From assembly GCA_964600115.1 (NCBI GenBank), contig CAZRIL010000001.1:42810-106809 (forward strand): a stretch of 64,000 nt of DNA, written 5' to 3'. The position numbers and the translations under genes were made by a program. How positions within the stretch are numbered: position 1 is the stretch's first letter; each line of letters begins with the position of its first letter. The notes under the pieces were generated by a model. That model was not told where the DNA came from. It saw only the letters and a program-made list of their open reading frames with translations, and did not search any database. Shown piece after piece: positions 9,456 to 19,110 of this stretch. Origin of the DNA: an uncultured Chthoniobacter sp. GTDB taxonomy: Bacteria; Verrucomicrobiota; Verrucomicrobiia; Chthoniobacterales; Terrimicrobiaceae.

Positions 9456-10462
9456 CACCATTCATCCACCAAACAGATATCTTCCACCCCCATGGCGATC
9501 CGGATGACCACTGGGATCTTGCGACTGTGTATGCACTCGCCGCGCAGGAGCTGGTCGAATTGCGAGGCATCATGTTCGACTATCCGCCAGACCACAGGGC
9601 GGGGGATCCTGCGATGCTCGCCGCCGCGCAGCTCGGATGCCTGACCGGAATCACCGGGATTCCTTCCGCTGTCGGATCGATGTTCCCGATGCGCAATCGC
9701 GTGGACACGCAGGGTGACCGGGGCAAGGCAGCCGTTGCGGCCGCAGAGTGGCTGTGCCGCACACTCGAAGCCAGCGACGCCACCGTTGTTATCAATATTG
9801 TGGGCTCATGTACGGACGTGGCGATCGCGGGGCTGATGCGCCCGGATCTTTTTAAGGCGAAATGCAAGGCCATCTACCTGAATGCCGGTGCCGCGAACCC
9901 GGGAAAGGATGGCGAGCTGGAATACAACGTGCGGCTGAATCCGAGTTCCTACTCCGCGATCTTCGACCTTCCTTGTCCGGTATATTGGTGTCCGTGCTGG
10001 CACCAGACCGAGGTCCGCGAGGTCGGCATCAACGGGACGTGGTATTCGTTCGTGCAGGGGGAAATCCTCCACCGCATCGGCGGGCCGCTCTGCAACTATT
10101 TCCTCTACATGCTGAGCCGGTCGGCCGACCCGAAATACCTCCGCTATCTCACTGCGCCCGTTGAAGCAGCATTGCTTGAAGATTTTGGCGCGAAGGCCCG
10201 CAGCATGTGGAGCACGGCCGCGATCCTGCATGCCGCAGACATGGGGGTCGATGCGAAGCGAGGACTGCTCCCGGTCGGCCTCGTCACCGATCCGGTCTTC
10301 GAGTTTTTTCCGATAACAATCGCCTGCGCGGACGACGGGCAGACGACATGGCATCCGTCCGCCGGAGATTCCGGCCGCCACATCTTCCAAATCCGCCATC
10401 CCGAGTTGTATGCCGCATCGATGACGGCCGCGCTCGGCACACTGCTGAAAACAATAATGTGA
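9452..10462 (+). CDS. Hypothetical protein, nucleoside-hydrolase-like N-terminal motif
   Basis: ATGA start/stop overlap with the GH42 gene. The N-terminal GDPDDHWDL resembles the Asp cluster of inosine-uridine nucleoside hydrolase folds. Function not established. Confidence 0.5.
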   Translation: MTPFIHQTDIFHPHGDPDDHWDLATVYALAAQELVELRGIMFDYPPDHRAGDPAMLAAAQLGCLTGITGIPSAVGSMFPMRNRVDTQGDRGKAAVAAAEWLCRTLEASDATVVINIVGSCTDVAIAGLMRPDLFKAKCKAIYLNAGAANPGKDGELEYNVRLNPSSYSAIFDLPCPVYWCPCWHQTEVREVGINGTWYSFVQGEILHRIGGPLCNYFLYMLSRSADPKYLRYLTAPVEAALLEDFGAKARSMWSTAAILHAADMGVDAKRGLLPVGLVTDPVFEFFPITIACADDGQTTWHPSAGDSGRHIFQIRHPELYAASMTAALGTLLKTIM

Positions 10463-11430
10463 TCATTTGCCATTGTTCCAACGCCCGTGCTGGCAGTCGT
10501 CAAATTTCGAATCACTCCGGTTTCCTGAAAGGAGTCGGTTCGATTTGTTTCTCATTCCTCCTTTTCGGAGCCGCAGCCACGGCCGTGGATCCGGCGGGCT
10601 CCGGACTGCCGGATTTCAACCCCGGGGAATTCGGGACGCTTGCCTGCGGGGAGATCGTCAATAGCTTCAAGCTGGCCACCGACATCCCATACCGTGGCGC
10701 TAACGATGCCAAAGCTGACGCGTATGTCGCCGAGCGATGCAAGCTCGACATCTTTTATCCTACCCACCGCAAAAACGTGCCCGTGCTGATCTATTTTCAT
10801 GGCGGCGGGATGAGCGGGGGATCCAAGGACTCGAAGATGGAGCTCTACAAGCATCTCGGATGCGTGATCGTGACCCCGAACTACCGGCTCTCGCCACGCG
10901 CGAAATGCCCCTCCTACATCGAAGATGCCGCCGCCGCTACCGCATGGGTCAAAAAAAATATTTCAGACTACAACGGCGATCCCGGCAGGATTTTTGTCAG
11001 CGGGCATTCGGCCGGCGCCTATCTGGCGACCTGCCTGGCGACGATGCCGCAATTTCTTGAAAAGCAGGGGTGCCGGCCCGGAGATTTTGCAGCCTACATT
11101 TCCATCAGCGGGGAGATGGTCACCCACCGGGCGATCTGCGCCGAGCGCGGGCTGCCGAAAGGCCAGATCGTCATCGACGAATACGCCCCCATCAGTCACG
11201 TCTCGAAAGATGTACCGCCGCTGATCTTGCTGACGGGAGGCACAGGGCTCGATATCGATAGCCGCCCTGCGGATAACAAGCTCATGTGCGATGCGATGCG
11301 CGTCGCGGGCAACACGAACTGCCGGCACTACGAAGTTCCCGGCACCGATCATGGCAGCATCATGGATGCAGCCTACGCCTACCTGCTGCAGGTCATCCGT
11401 GAAAACCTTAAAAAACCGCCGACTCCGTGA
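10459..11430 (+). CDS. Alpha/beta hydrolase (carbohydrate esterase/lipase-like), secreted
   Basis: Oxyanion motif IYFHGGGMSGG and nucleophile elbow GHSAGAY. GTG 10459 gives a GTGA overlap with the upstream stop and a hydrophobic signal segment SICFSFLLFGAAATA. The longer track ORF from 10207 overlaps the upstream gene. Confidence 0.8.
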   Translation: MIICHCSNARAGSRQISNHSGFLKGVGSICFSFLLFGAAATAVDPAGSGLPDFNPGEFGTLACGEIVNSFKLATDIPYRGANDAKADAYVAERCKLDIFYPTHRKNVPVLIYFHGGGMSGGSKDSKMELYKHLGCVIVTPNYRLSPRAKCPSYIEDAAAATAWVKKNISDYNGDPGRIFVSGHSAGAYLATCLATMPQFLEKQGCRPGDFAAYISISGEMVTHRAICAERGLPKGQIVIDEYAPISHVSKDVPPLILLTGGTGLDIDSRPADNKLMCDAMRVAGNTNCRHYEVPGTDHGSIMDAAYAYLLQVIRENLKKPPTP

Positions 11431-11431
11431 C

Positions 11432-13666
11432 ATGATTCCGAACCGCCTTTGCCTGCTTCTTTCTTTGGCTCTGCCTGCGCTGGCGTGGGGCCAGGTGCCG
11501 TCACTCTTTGATTTCAACAAGCTCACCAAGGTCGAGACCGTCGATTGCGCGTCCGCCCCTGCGCCGGATTCCTTCCGTCAATATCCCGAAGGCGCGAGCA
11601 AGGTGGAATCGATCCTCGGCCGGAAGTGCCGCGTTCTTCCGAACGACAGCGACACGATGAAATACTTTGCCTACAAGATCGGCGGGGGCAAAGGATTGAA
11701 ACCCGGGGCCGCCTACCTGCTGGTCGTGGATTACCCGGAGGACAGCCCCCGCACCATGTTTGTGCTGAACCGCGGCAACGAGACCGGCCGCGGGTTGGCC
11801 ACGGGCAATGCCGTGGCAGACGGCGTCTTCGGCAAATACGTCAACAACAACCCCGAATCGATCTCCTACCCTCTCTCCGGCGCATGGCAGCGCTGGCAGC
11901 AGTTTTTTTATCTCCACGACCGCTTCCCGGAATTCGAGGCCCTTCGCGGAGACAAACCGAGACCGACCAAGCCGGAAGAAGGGTTCTGGGTCGTCATCGC
12001 GCAGACAAATCAGACTGACGCGACGGGCTCTGCGGGAGCCGCTGTGGCATCCATCAGCCTCTACGAGGTTCCTCATCCCGAGCAATACGACGTGAAGATC
12101 AACTACCCTCCGGACGGGCTGCCGAAGCGTTACCTGTTCTGCCGCGAGGAGATGGCGGACGGGGTGGTTTCGGTGCCGCACGGCCCCGACAACCCGCTCG
12201 TTCGCGGCGTCGACAGGCCGGTCGATTGGTTTGAATACAAGGCGCGCAACATGCAGTTCCTCGGCATGAACACCTTCACGACCGACCTGCTTGAGTTCGG
12301 CCACAACCAAGGCTGGGACGCGAAAGACAACAACTGGTATGTCCCGAACTCGCAACCGGAATTGTGGGGGAACGTTCTGGCGATGCTGAAAAAGTATCCG
12401 TCTCTTTTCGTGCTGCCCTATTACGAATATGGCGGTGGAACCGGGAAGGACGGGGAGGGGTACCTGCAAAAGCCGGTCATGCTGACCGGCGGCCAGAAAT
12501 ACACGCACCTCGATTTCATCAACAGGACCGCGCACATCGATATCCTGGATCCGGCAGCTTTGGAGGACGCAAAAATGCTTCTCGATGCGACTATCGTTCG
12601 CTTCAAGGGCGAAGCGAAATTTCTGGGCGCGTGGTTTCGTCCGCGTCCCGTGCAGATGCCCGTAAGTTTCCGTGATGAAAACCTCGCACTCTATCAGGCC
12701 GAGACCGGGATTTCCGTGACCCGGAAGGACCTGCAAGCAAACAAGGAAAGCCTTCAGAAGTATTACGTGTGGTGGTTCAAAAAGCGCGAGGCATTCGTGG
12801 CTGCGCTGGTCCACTATCTCCGGAGCAAGGGCCTGCCGGAAGCGCTGGTCCTGCTGACCTCGGACGGCAGCGAACCCGGAGTCCCCTTGCCGGGCAACGT
12901 TCTCGTTACGGATGATCCGACGACATGGGAGGGACGTATGAGCAACCTCCCCAAGAAGAAAGCTGTTGTTCCGATCGGGAGCGCGGTGAGCGATGATCTC
13001 CATTTCAAGGCGCTCACCACCCCGGTGCCCACATGGGGGGCCTTCGAGTGGCAGCACGCCTCGCCGTGGGCGGATCCGCAAAATTATCAGGGAAGCGATC
13101 GGGGCGCGCTGCTCACTTACACGTTCAACCGCCTTTACTCCGTCTCATCGCCGAAAGCGTTTGACGCATTCCGGACAGGTGACGGGCTGGCAATCGTCCG
13201 CCACCATTCGCTGAACGAAAATGTCATGGACGACAAAATCGGGTATTTCGCCTGCGATGCCGAGAACGCCGGTCCATTCTCCATGCTGGCAGAAGCCCGG
13301 GCCGTCGCCCACGGGGATCCCCGTTTTATCGGCTACCTGATCAGCAATACTCTCGCCCGCGGGTTTCCCGAATACGCGAGGGAATTCAACCGGGCATTTC
13401 TCGCCCTTCCCGCCCTTCCCGGCAAGGTTCTGGACAATGGCTCGTCCGACAGGGAAGTGGTTGTCCGCTCAATCGATGCCGGACAAAGCGGAACATACCT
13501 TGCGGTTGTCAACACCGGCCTTACCTCCAAGAAAGGCGTGAGCATCAACCTGCCGAAAGAGGGGGCCGTGATAAATGCCGCCCTCCAGGCCCCGCTGCAA
13601 CACCATGGCGGCAAGCTCACGCTGGACTTTTACCCGGGACAACTCTACGCGCTGCTGATCAAGTAA
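11432..13666 (+). CDS. Secreted hypothetical protein (744 aa), last gene of the GH42 operon
   Basis: ATG sits 1 nt after the upstream stop. Signal peptide MIPNRLCLLLSLALPALAWGQ. Normal amino-acid composition, unlike the Arg-rich antisense ORF 11501..13081. No family motif recognised. Confidence 0.7.
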   Translation: MIPNRLCLLLSLALPALAWGQVPSLFDFNKLTKVETVDCASAPAPDSFRQYPEGASKVESILGRKCRVLPNDSDTMKYFAYKIGGGKGLKPGAAYLLVVDYPEDSPRTMFVLNRGNETGRGLATGNAVADGVFGKYVNNNPESISYPLSGAWQRWQQFFYLHDRFPEFEALRGDKPRPTKPEEGFWVVIAQTNQTDATGSAGAAVASISLYEVPHPEQYDVKINYPPDGLPKRYLFCREEMADGVVSVPHGPDNPLVRGVDRPVDWFEYKARNMQFLGMNTFTTDLLEFGHNQGWDAKDNNWYVPNSQPELWGNVLAMLKKYPSLFVLPYYEYGGGTGKDGEGYLQKPVMLTGGQKYTHLDFINRTAHIDILDPAALEDAKMLLDATIVRFKGEAKFLGAWFRPRPVQMPVSFRDENLALYQAETGISVTRKDLQANKESLQKYYVWWFKKREAFVAALVHYLRSKGLPEALVLLTSDGSEPGVPLPGNVLVTDDPTTWEGRMSNLPKKKAVVPIGSAVSDDLHFKALTTPVPTWGAFEWQHASPWADPQNYQGSDRGALLTYTFNRLYSVSSPKAFDAFRTGDGLAIVRHHSLNENVMDDKIGYFACDAENAGPFSMLAEARAVAHGDPRFIGYLISNTLARGFPEYAREFNRAFLALPALPGKVLDNGSSDREVVVRSIDAGQSGTYLAVVNTGLTSKKGVSINLPKEGAVINAALQAPLQHHGGKLTLDFYPGQLYALLIK

Positions 13667-13725
13667 ATCGTTCCGCATGACTTCTCCGATGCGCGGACGG
13701 ATGAAGGATGGCATCAGCCAGCCGG

Positions 13726-14829
13726 TCAGATTTTTACCGGCGTCATGGGGAGGCCGGCGTGATCGAGCATGCGGAGAAAGACCGGCCAGGCGAGGTCGCC
13801 ATAGTAGCGGTGCCCGCCGGGGCCGATGACCATCGCGCAGTTCTTTAATGCACCCGCCTCCTTGTAGGTGGCCTGGAGTTCGCGAAAGGTGCGCCGCGCC
13901 GAATGGATGGGAAACAGATGATCCTCGCGCCCGTGGACAATGACCAGCGGCTTCGGGGCGATCAGGCCAGCGATGTCGGCCATGTCCGCGACATTCAGCA
14001 GACCGGGCACGAAGTTGCAACTGCAGTGACCCATCGCAAGGAACGAATCCCGGAAGCTGGAAAGGCAGCTCGACGGCATAGCGAAGCGGATCCGGGGCAG
14101 CAGCGCGGCAGCGAATAGCGAGACCATCCCGCCGGTCGAGTTGCCTGTCACCCCGATGCGCCGCGGGTCGGCGTCTCCCCGCTCCATCAGGTAGTCAATC
14201 GCCCGGTCCACGTCGAAAACGCGCTCGCCCATCAGCGTGCGCCCGAGGAAAAGCGCGTGCATGGCGGCATCCTGACATCCGTCTCCGGACGGAGTTTCCA
14301 TTGCGCGCTCGCTTCTCTCGCCGAACGAGCGCTGCTCGATGCACAGTGCGGAAATCCCTCTCTCCATGCACCCGATTGCTACATCGAGCCCGTCATGCAC
14401 CGGGGCCTCCCACGATTTTTCATCCTCGCTCGCGGCGATCAAGTGGTGCATCTTCCCCCGGTGCCCCTGCAGGCAAACCATAAAGGGACGCGGACCGCTG
14501 GCCTTACCCGGCAGGCAGACATACGCGGGCACATCGCAACGGAACTCGGAGGCGAAGACAATTTTCTCGATCGTGCCCAGCGGGTGGGGCTTTGACCAGA
14601 TCCGCCGCACGTTGAGCGGCACCCGATCTTGCGGGATCCCGCCGAGCAGCCCGGCGAGCTTCTTGCGCAGACGACGCTGCCAGGCGGTGACATCGCCGCC
14701 AGGATAGCTCATCGCCCGCATCGCCCCGCGATCGGCGATTGCCTGATGGTGCAACGACGGGCTGAACGAGAATTTCTGACCGGCGCGGCCGATACCATTT
14801 CCTGAACCTCCGCGTGCTCGCGACTTCAT
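13726..14829 (-). CDS. Alpha/beta hydrolase (acetyl-esterase / dienelactone-hydrolase-like)
   Basis: Nucleophile elbow VTGNSTGGM and a downstream HGREDHLFP region containing a catalytic-type His. True start may be an internal Met (MRAMSYPGG). Confidence 0.7.
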   Translation of the reverse strand: MKSRARGGSGNGIGRAGQKFSFSPSLHHQAIADRGAMRAMSYPGGDVTAWQRRLRKKLAGLLGGIPQDRVPLNVRRIWSKPHPLGTIEKIVFASEFRCDVPAYVCLPGKASGPRPFMVCLQGHRGKMHHLIAASEDEKSWEAPVHDGLDVAIGCMERGISALCIEQRSFGERSERAMETPSGDGCQDAAMHALFLGRTLMGERVFDVDRAIDYLMERGDADPRRIGVTGNSTGGMVSLFAAALLPRIRFAMPSSCLSSFRDSFLAMGHCSCNFVPGLLNVADMADIAGLIAPKPLVIVHGREDHLFPIHSARRTFRELQATYKEAGALKNCAMVIGPGGHRYYGDLAWPVFLRMLDHAGLPMTPVKI

Positions 14830-14883
14830 AAGCCGGACGCTATGCGGGGCTCCCGCGCTTGTAAAGGAACCAACAACAAAAAC

Positions 14884-14895
14884 GGGAACGTTCCC
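14884..14895. promoter_or_regulatory. Palindromic site GGGAACGTTCCC
   Basis: Perfect palindrome in the divergent region between the esterase (-) and CE4-like A (+) genes. Its centre is about 52 nt upstream of ATG 14942. Confidence 0.5.
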
Positions 14896-14941
14896 GAGAT
14901 TTTTCTTGTTGAGAGGCTGCGGCAGGTATTAGGACTCACGC

Positions 14942-16357
14942 ATGACATTGGGATCGCGCCTTCTTGCATTTCTTATGGTCGTGCCGTGTGCCGGCGCGGC
15001 AACGTGGACGCACACTTGGACCCCGGCGGCGAACGAGGAGGAGATGCGGGCGGGCGTGTGTCCGCTGAAATACGACAAGAAGTGGGCATACGCGATCGAG
15101 TTGGACGACGGCACCACCCCGACCGGAACTTTCGCGCCGGAGTTTTTCGCGGGGTTTCAATACACGGATGCCCCGCCCGGGGTGGGCAACGGCGTGCGGT
15201 TGCCCGTCGTCGGAAGCCTGGCACTCTTTCCCTACCGCGTCGGCGCGAACAATACGTTTGTGACCTTCGATCAGGTCCGGGAAATTTGCAAAAAGGGCTG
15301 GGCGGTTGCGAATCACAGCTACACTCACAAGGGCAAAACGTATGGCGACGTTCCGGAAATTCTGACGCCCGAGCAGATTAGCGAGGAACTTTTCTGGAGC
15401 CAGGCCGTGTTCGCCCATGAGCTCGGGCGTGCGCCGACGCATTTCGTCTATCCCAACGGCTACACCGCCTACGCGGATTCGCTTGCCGCGTTTGGCATGG
15501 TCTCCGGGTCGAGCGTTGGAGGGAAGGGCGGGATCAACCTTGGGAAAATGGGAGACAATTTTCTTTCCATCTCCCGCTGCTATCTCGATGAGGGGGCCTG
15601 GACGAACCCCTACCGGAAAGGTGACCCGATGGACGGCATCCCCGCGAACGGCCCTGCGGGAGGGGACTTGATCATCGACTTCACGCACAACATTTCTCCT
15701 GACCCGGACTCGGCCAACCAAAAACGCTGGAGGGAGCGGCTCACCACGCTGACGGCGCAATTCGGGGCCGGCGGGACGGATGAGTTCTGGAGCGCACCGA
15801 CCGGTGACGTCATCTCATACTGGCGCGCGGCAAAAGCCGCAACGGCGAGGCTGGAAAGGGGGAAACTTTCGGTCAGCGTGCCGGATGCCATGCCGGGAAC
15901 ACCCCTCACGATCCGGCTGGAGGGAGTTTCCGCCGAAGCGGATATTCCCGCGCCGGCCGGCGGTTCGATCTACCGCAAGGGCAACACTGTTTGGATCACG
16001 ACCCCCGTGATCGGGACTCCCGGCGCCCCTTCTCCGACCCCACCGGTGAAGCTTGTTTTCAAAGGCCCGCCCGCGCCCTCGATTCCTCTGGACCCGCCCC
16101 GGCACATCGCCGCGGTCCGAGTGAGGCAGCACGGGAATCCCACGCCTGACCGACAGCTCCACGTGAATTTCACCCGGCCCGACGGGTCGTCGGAAAAGTT
16201 TTCCTCGCAGACCCAGCCGGAAACTTTCGTTTCCGGCACTCATGTTTTCGCGTCTGTTCCAAACCGCGAGGCTCCCCTGGCAAAAAGCGTTGAGGTGACG
16301 GCCGATCCCTCGATCAAAGAAGTCGAAATCTGGGCGGCTGACGGAGCGAAACCGTAG
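14942..16357 (+). CDS. Polysaccharide deacetylase-like (CE4-type) secreted protein, paralog A
   Basis: Signal peptide MTLGSRLLAFLMVVPCAGAA. CE4-like motif 1 IELDDG and motif 2 NHSYTHK. Clear paralogy to 17574..19037. Confidence 0.75.
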   Translation: MTLGSRLLAFLMVVPCAGAATWTHTWTPAANEEEMRAGVCPLKYDKKWAYAIELDDGTTPTGTFAPEFFAGFQYTDAPPGVGNGVRLPVVGSLALFPYRVGANNTFVTFDQVREICKKGWAVANHSYTHKGKTYGDVPEILTPEQISEELFWSQAVFAHELGRAPTHFVYPNGYTAYADSLAAFGMVSGSSVGGKGGINLGKMGDNFLSISRCYLDEGAWTNPYRKGDPMDGIPANGPAGGDLIIDFTHNISPDPDSANQKRWRERLTTLTAQFGAGGTDEFWSAPTGDVISYWRAAKAATARLERGKLSVSVPDAMPGTPLTIRLEGVSAEADIPAPAGGSIYRKGNTVWITTPVIGTPGAPSPTPPVKLVFKGPPAPSIPLDPPRHIAAVRVRQHGNPTPDRQLHVNFTRPDGSSEKFSSQTQPETFVSGTHVFASVPNREAPLAKSVEVTADPSIKEVEIWAADGAKP

Positions 16358-16380
16358 AGAACAGGCGGTGGGACCGCAGC

Positions 16381-17412
16381 TTACTTTTTCGACGGGATTG
16401 CGTGGCGGCGGGCGATGCTGTCTCGAAGGATGAGCTCCGCAGGAATGGAGCGGACCTCCGTATTCCGGTCGAAATTCTCCCGCCGGAGCTCCAGCAGCTC
16501 GCAGATGGCTTGTGCCGTCTGGACACGGCTGGTCCGCACCGTAGTCAGGCTGGCGCGGACACCCTCCGCGATGTCGTCCACCCCGGCGACCGAAAGATCT
16601 TTTGGAATGGATCGCCCGGCAACACGCGCGGCGTGCATCACCCCACAGGCGATAATATCATCGGCGCAGAAAACGGCCGTGGGAGGATCGGGAAGCGCCG
16701 CCCATTTACGGAACGCGTGGATGCCGCCCTCCGCTCCATCTTCTCCGAAGTAGATCAGGGACTCGTCGGGCTTTTCGCCCTCCGCGGCCGCGTGCTTGGC
16801 GTAGGCCCGGAAGCGGCTTGTCTTCCGGCACCCCGGAAAGTTCTGGGCGGCATAGCCGATGCGGGTATGCCCGAGCGCACGGTAGTGCGTCATCACCCTG
16901 CTCACGCTCTCGAAAAGCTCGTAGCGGACAAAGTCAAATCCGGGGATGGGATTTCCGTGAAGAAAAACCATGGCGATGCCGCGGGACTTGAGCTGATCGA
17001 AGATCGTCGGGTTGTCGTGGTAGTGGGATTGGTCGAGGATCAGCCCGTCCACCTCGCCCGCCGTCCATTGCAGGATGAGCTCGGCTTCGCGGTTCTTGTC
17101 GTTGTTGGAAATCCCGATGAGGAGCGTGATGCCGATTTTTTCCGCCTCGTGATTGAGCGCCTCGACGAGCTCTGAGTAGTAGGGGTTGCGAAGATGCGGG
17201 ACAAGGATCGCCCAGCGGCTCGTCCGACCGAGCTTCATCATGCGGGCACCATTGTGCGGGAGATACCCGATCTCGCGGGCTGCCCGGAGGATCTTCTCCT
17301 TCGTCGCCGGCTTGATCCCCGCCTGGTTGTTGAAAGCGCGGGAAATCGTCCCGCGCGAAATTCCCGTGTAATCCACGAGGTCAAATATCGTCGGGCGCGC
17401 GGACTTTTTCAT
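16381..17412 (-). CDS. LacI family transcriptional regulator
   Basis: N-terminal HTH TIFDLVDYTGISRGTISRAFNNQAGIKPATKEKILRAAREIGYLPH followed by a periplasmic-binding-protein-like sugar-binding core. Start at MKKSARP (17412). Confidence 0.9.
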   Translation of the reverse strand: MKKSARPTIFDLVDYTGISRGTISRAFNNQAGIKPATKEKILRAAREIGYLPHNGARMMKLGRTSRWAILVPHLRNPYYSELVEALNHEAEKIGITLLIGISNNDKNREAELILQWTAGEVDGLILDQSHYHDNPTIFDQLKSRGIAMVFLHGNPIPGFDFVRYELFESVSRVMTHYRALGHTRIGYAAQNFPGCRKTSRFRAYAKHAAAEGEKPDESLIYFGEDGAEGGIHAFRKWAALPDPPTAVFCADDIIACGVMHAARVAGRSIPKDLSVAGVDDIAEGVRASLTTVRTSRVQTAQAICELLELRRENFDRNTEVRSIPAELILRDSIARRHAIPSKK

Positions 17413-17521
17413 TCCTGCCCCCTTAAACCACATCGCCTCCTCACCATCAAGCAAGTTGCGCGGAAAGCGGTTCCCGCCCGCCAGCGTCCCATGCCCGACA
17501 AAAGTTTGTGTTGATAATTTC

Positions 17522-17533
17522 GTGAACGTTCCC
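17522..17533. promoter_or_regulatory. Palindromic site GTGAACGTTCCC
   Basis: Lies in the divergent region between LacI (-) and CE4-like B (+), about 46 nt upstream of ATG 17574. Confidence 0.5.
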
Positions 17534-17573
17534 TTTTATGTTCTGGAACCTGAGTCGAACCCCACAAAATCGA

Positions 17574-19037
17574 ATGACAAAGCTATCGGAAAGGCTGGCA
17601 GTGGAGACATTGCGGATGGTCTGCCTTGCTGCGTTCCTGGCACCGTGCGGACTGCGGGCCGAATCGGCATGGCGCTGGGAATCTCCGGAGCTTGCAGCGG
17701 CCGCAGAGTCTGTGACGGTGGAGCCGGTAAAGTTCGGCAAGACATGGGCCTACGCGCTGGAGTTTGACGATGGAGGGACTTTCGCGCAGGACATTGCGGC
17801 GCCGATGCTGGAGAAGTTCAGCGCCACCGACGCCCCGGCGGGAGTTGCCGGGGGGCGGAAAACGCCCTTCGTCGCGTGCGTGGCCGTTTATCCATTTGTG
17901 CTCGATGGTGAGAACAACACATTCCTGACGTGGGAGCAAATCCGCGGGCTGCGCGACAAAGGCTGGGGCGTCTCGAACCACAGCTACTGGCACACCGGGA
18001 ACCATTGGGAACCGAAGGAGTTTCTCGACGAGGCTCAGATGCGCCGCGAGCTGTTCTGGAGCCAGACGGTTCTCGCCCACTTCCTCACCGGCGGAAAGGA
18101 GATCTGCCGCCGGTTCGTTTATCCGAGCGGAGATTACCATTACGGGCCGCTCCTCGCCGAATACGGGCTGAACACGACGCCCGTCGCAGTCAAAAACAGC
18201 AATTCCCTTACGGCCCCGGTCCCGCCCTTCGACGCTGCAAGCAAATACCATCTCACCAACCGCAACAACATGGATGCCGGCGCGTGGGACAAGCGGGGAG
18301 GAGACGATATGGATTCCTTTCCGCAGCCCCGCCCGGCACCGGGGGATTTCGTTTTGGACTTCACGCACGGGATGGGAAAACCGGGCGAGGCCAACGTCCT
18401 TCGCTGGGAGCGCCGCCTCGGAAGGATTGCCGCCGAATTCGGGGCAGACGGGGACGACAGCGTCTGGTGCGGCTCCGCCAGCGAAATCGTCGCGTATCAC
18501 GCCACGGCGACAACGGCCCGGGCCGGCAGCGACAAAGGCGGAATATTTGTCGAGGTCCCGAAGGGGGCGTTCGAGACTCCGCTGACTTTGAAAATCAAGC
18601 TGGCCCGCCCGCTGCAGACGATTCCATCTCCTCCTCCGGGATCGCTGCTCTATCGCCAGGGCGATGAAATCTGGCTCACCACTCCGCCGCTCGGCGACGA
18701 CGCGGCCCCGGGCTTCCTGCGCGCAAAACCTGTCCAGGCCGGCCCGTTCAAAGAAAAAGTCAGGTTCGAAAAGCCCGTGCGCCTCGCCGCCGTCCGCATC
18801 CTGCAAAAAGGCGACCCCGGAGCCGGCTTCGTGCCGGAGATCACCTGGGTGGCGAAGGATGGTTCGACCGGCAGGGTCCCGGTCGAAAATGTTCTGCGCT
18901 GGGTGCCGACAAAATCCCGATGGGGCAACTGGCTGCTCTTCCCGGTCATCCCCGACCAGCCGGCTCCGGAAATTGTCGAACTGAATATCAAACCCTCGCC
19001 AGCCTTCAAAGGCGTCGAGATCTGGGCGATAGAATAA
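17574..19037 (+). CDS. Polysaccharide deacetylase-like (CE4-type) secreted protein, paralog B
   Basis: Motifs LEFDDG and NHSYWHT, plus shared blocks with paralog A (W-AYA-E-DDG, ELFWSQ, FVYP-G). Signal-like LRMVCLAAFLAPCGLRA. Start ATG 17574 preferred over 17538. Confidence 0.75.
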   Translation: MTKLSERLAVETLRMVCLAAFLAPCGLRAESAWRWESPELAAAAESVTVEPVKFGKTWAYALEFDDGGTFAQDIAAPMLEKFSATDAPAGVAGGRKTPFVACVAVYPFVLDGENNTFLTWEQIRGLRDKGWGVSNHSYWHTGNHWEPKEFLDEAQMRRELFWSQTVLAHFLTGGKEICRRFVYPSGDYHYGPLLAEYGLNTTPVAVKNSNSLTAPVPPFDAASKYHLTNRNNMDAGAWDKRGGDDMDSFPQPRPAPGDFVLDFTHGMGKPGEANVLRWERRLGRIAAEFGADGDDSVWCGSASEIVAYHATATTARAGSDKGGIFVEVPKGAFETPLTLKIKLARPLQTIPSPPPGSLLYRQGDEIWLTTPPLGDDAAPGFLRAKPVQAGPFKEKVRFEKPVRLAAVRILQKGDPGAGFVPEITWVAKDGSTGRVPVENVLRWVPTKSRWGNWLLFPVIPDQPAPEIVELNIKPSPAFKGVEIWAIE

Positions 19038-19110
19038 ACCGAATCATATGAAAAACCACCGTCTCCAACACCCTCCTCATTGCGGGAGAACAACGAGTCG
19101 TGCGACACGA

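Noticed and set aside
10207-10458. Upstream extension of the esterase ORF. Similar extensions occur at 11291, 50927, 57822, 60974 and 62241.
   Set aside because: The extensions overlap the preceding genes and are Arg-rich. Internal starts give signal peptides or conserved N-termini and typical 4-nt start/stop coupling.
12368-12379. GGGAACGTTCTG inside the 11432..13666 coding sequence, matching 10 of 12 positions of the palindromic motif.
   Set aside because: It is within a CDS, the right half-site is broken, and no nearby start codon exists. Kept as a caution that my scan of coding DNA was not exhaustive.
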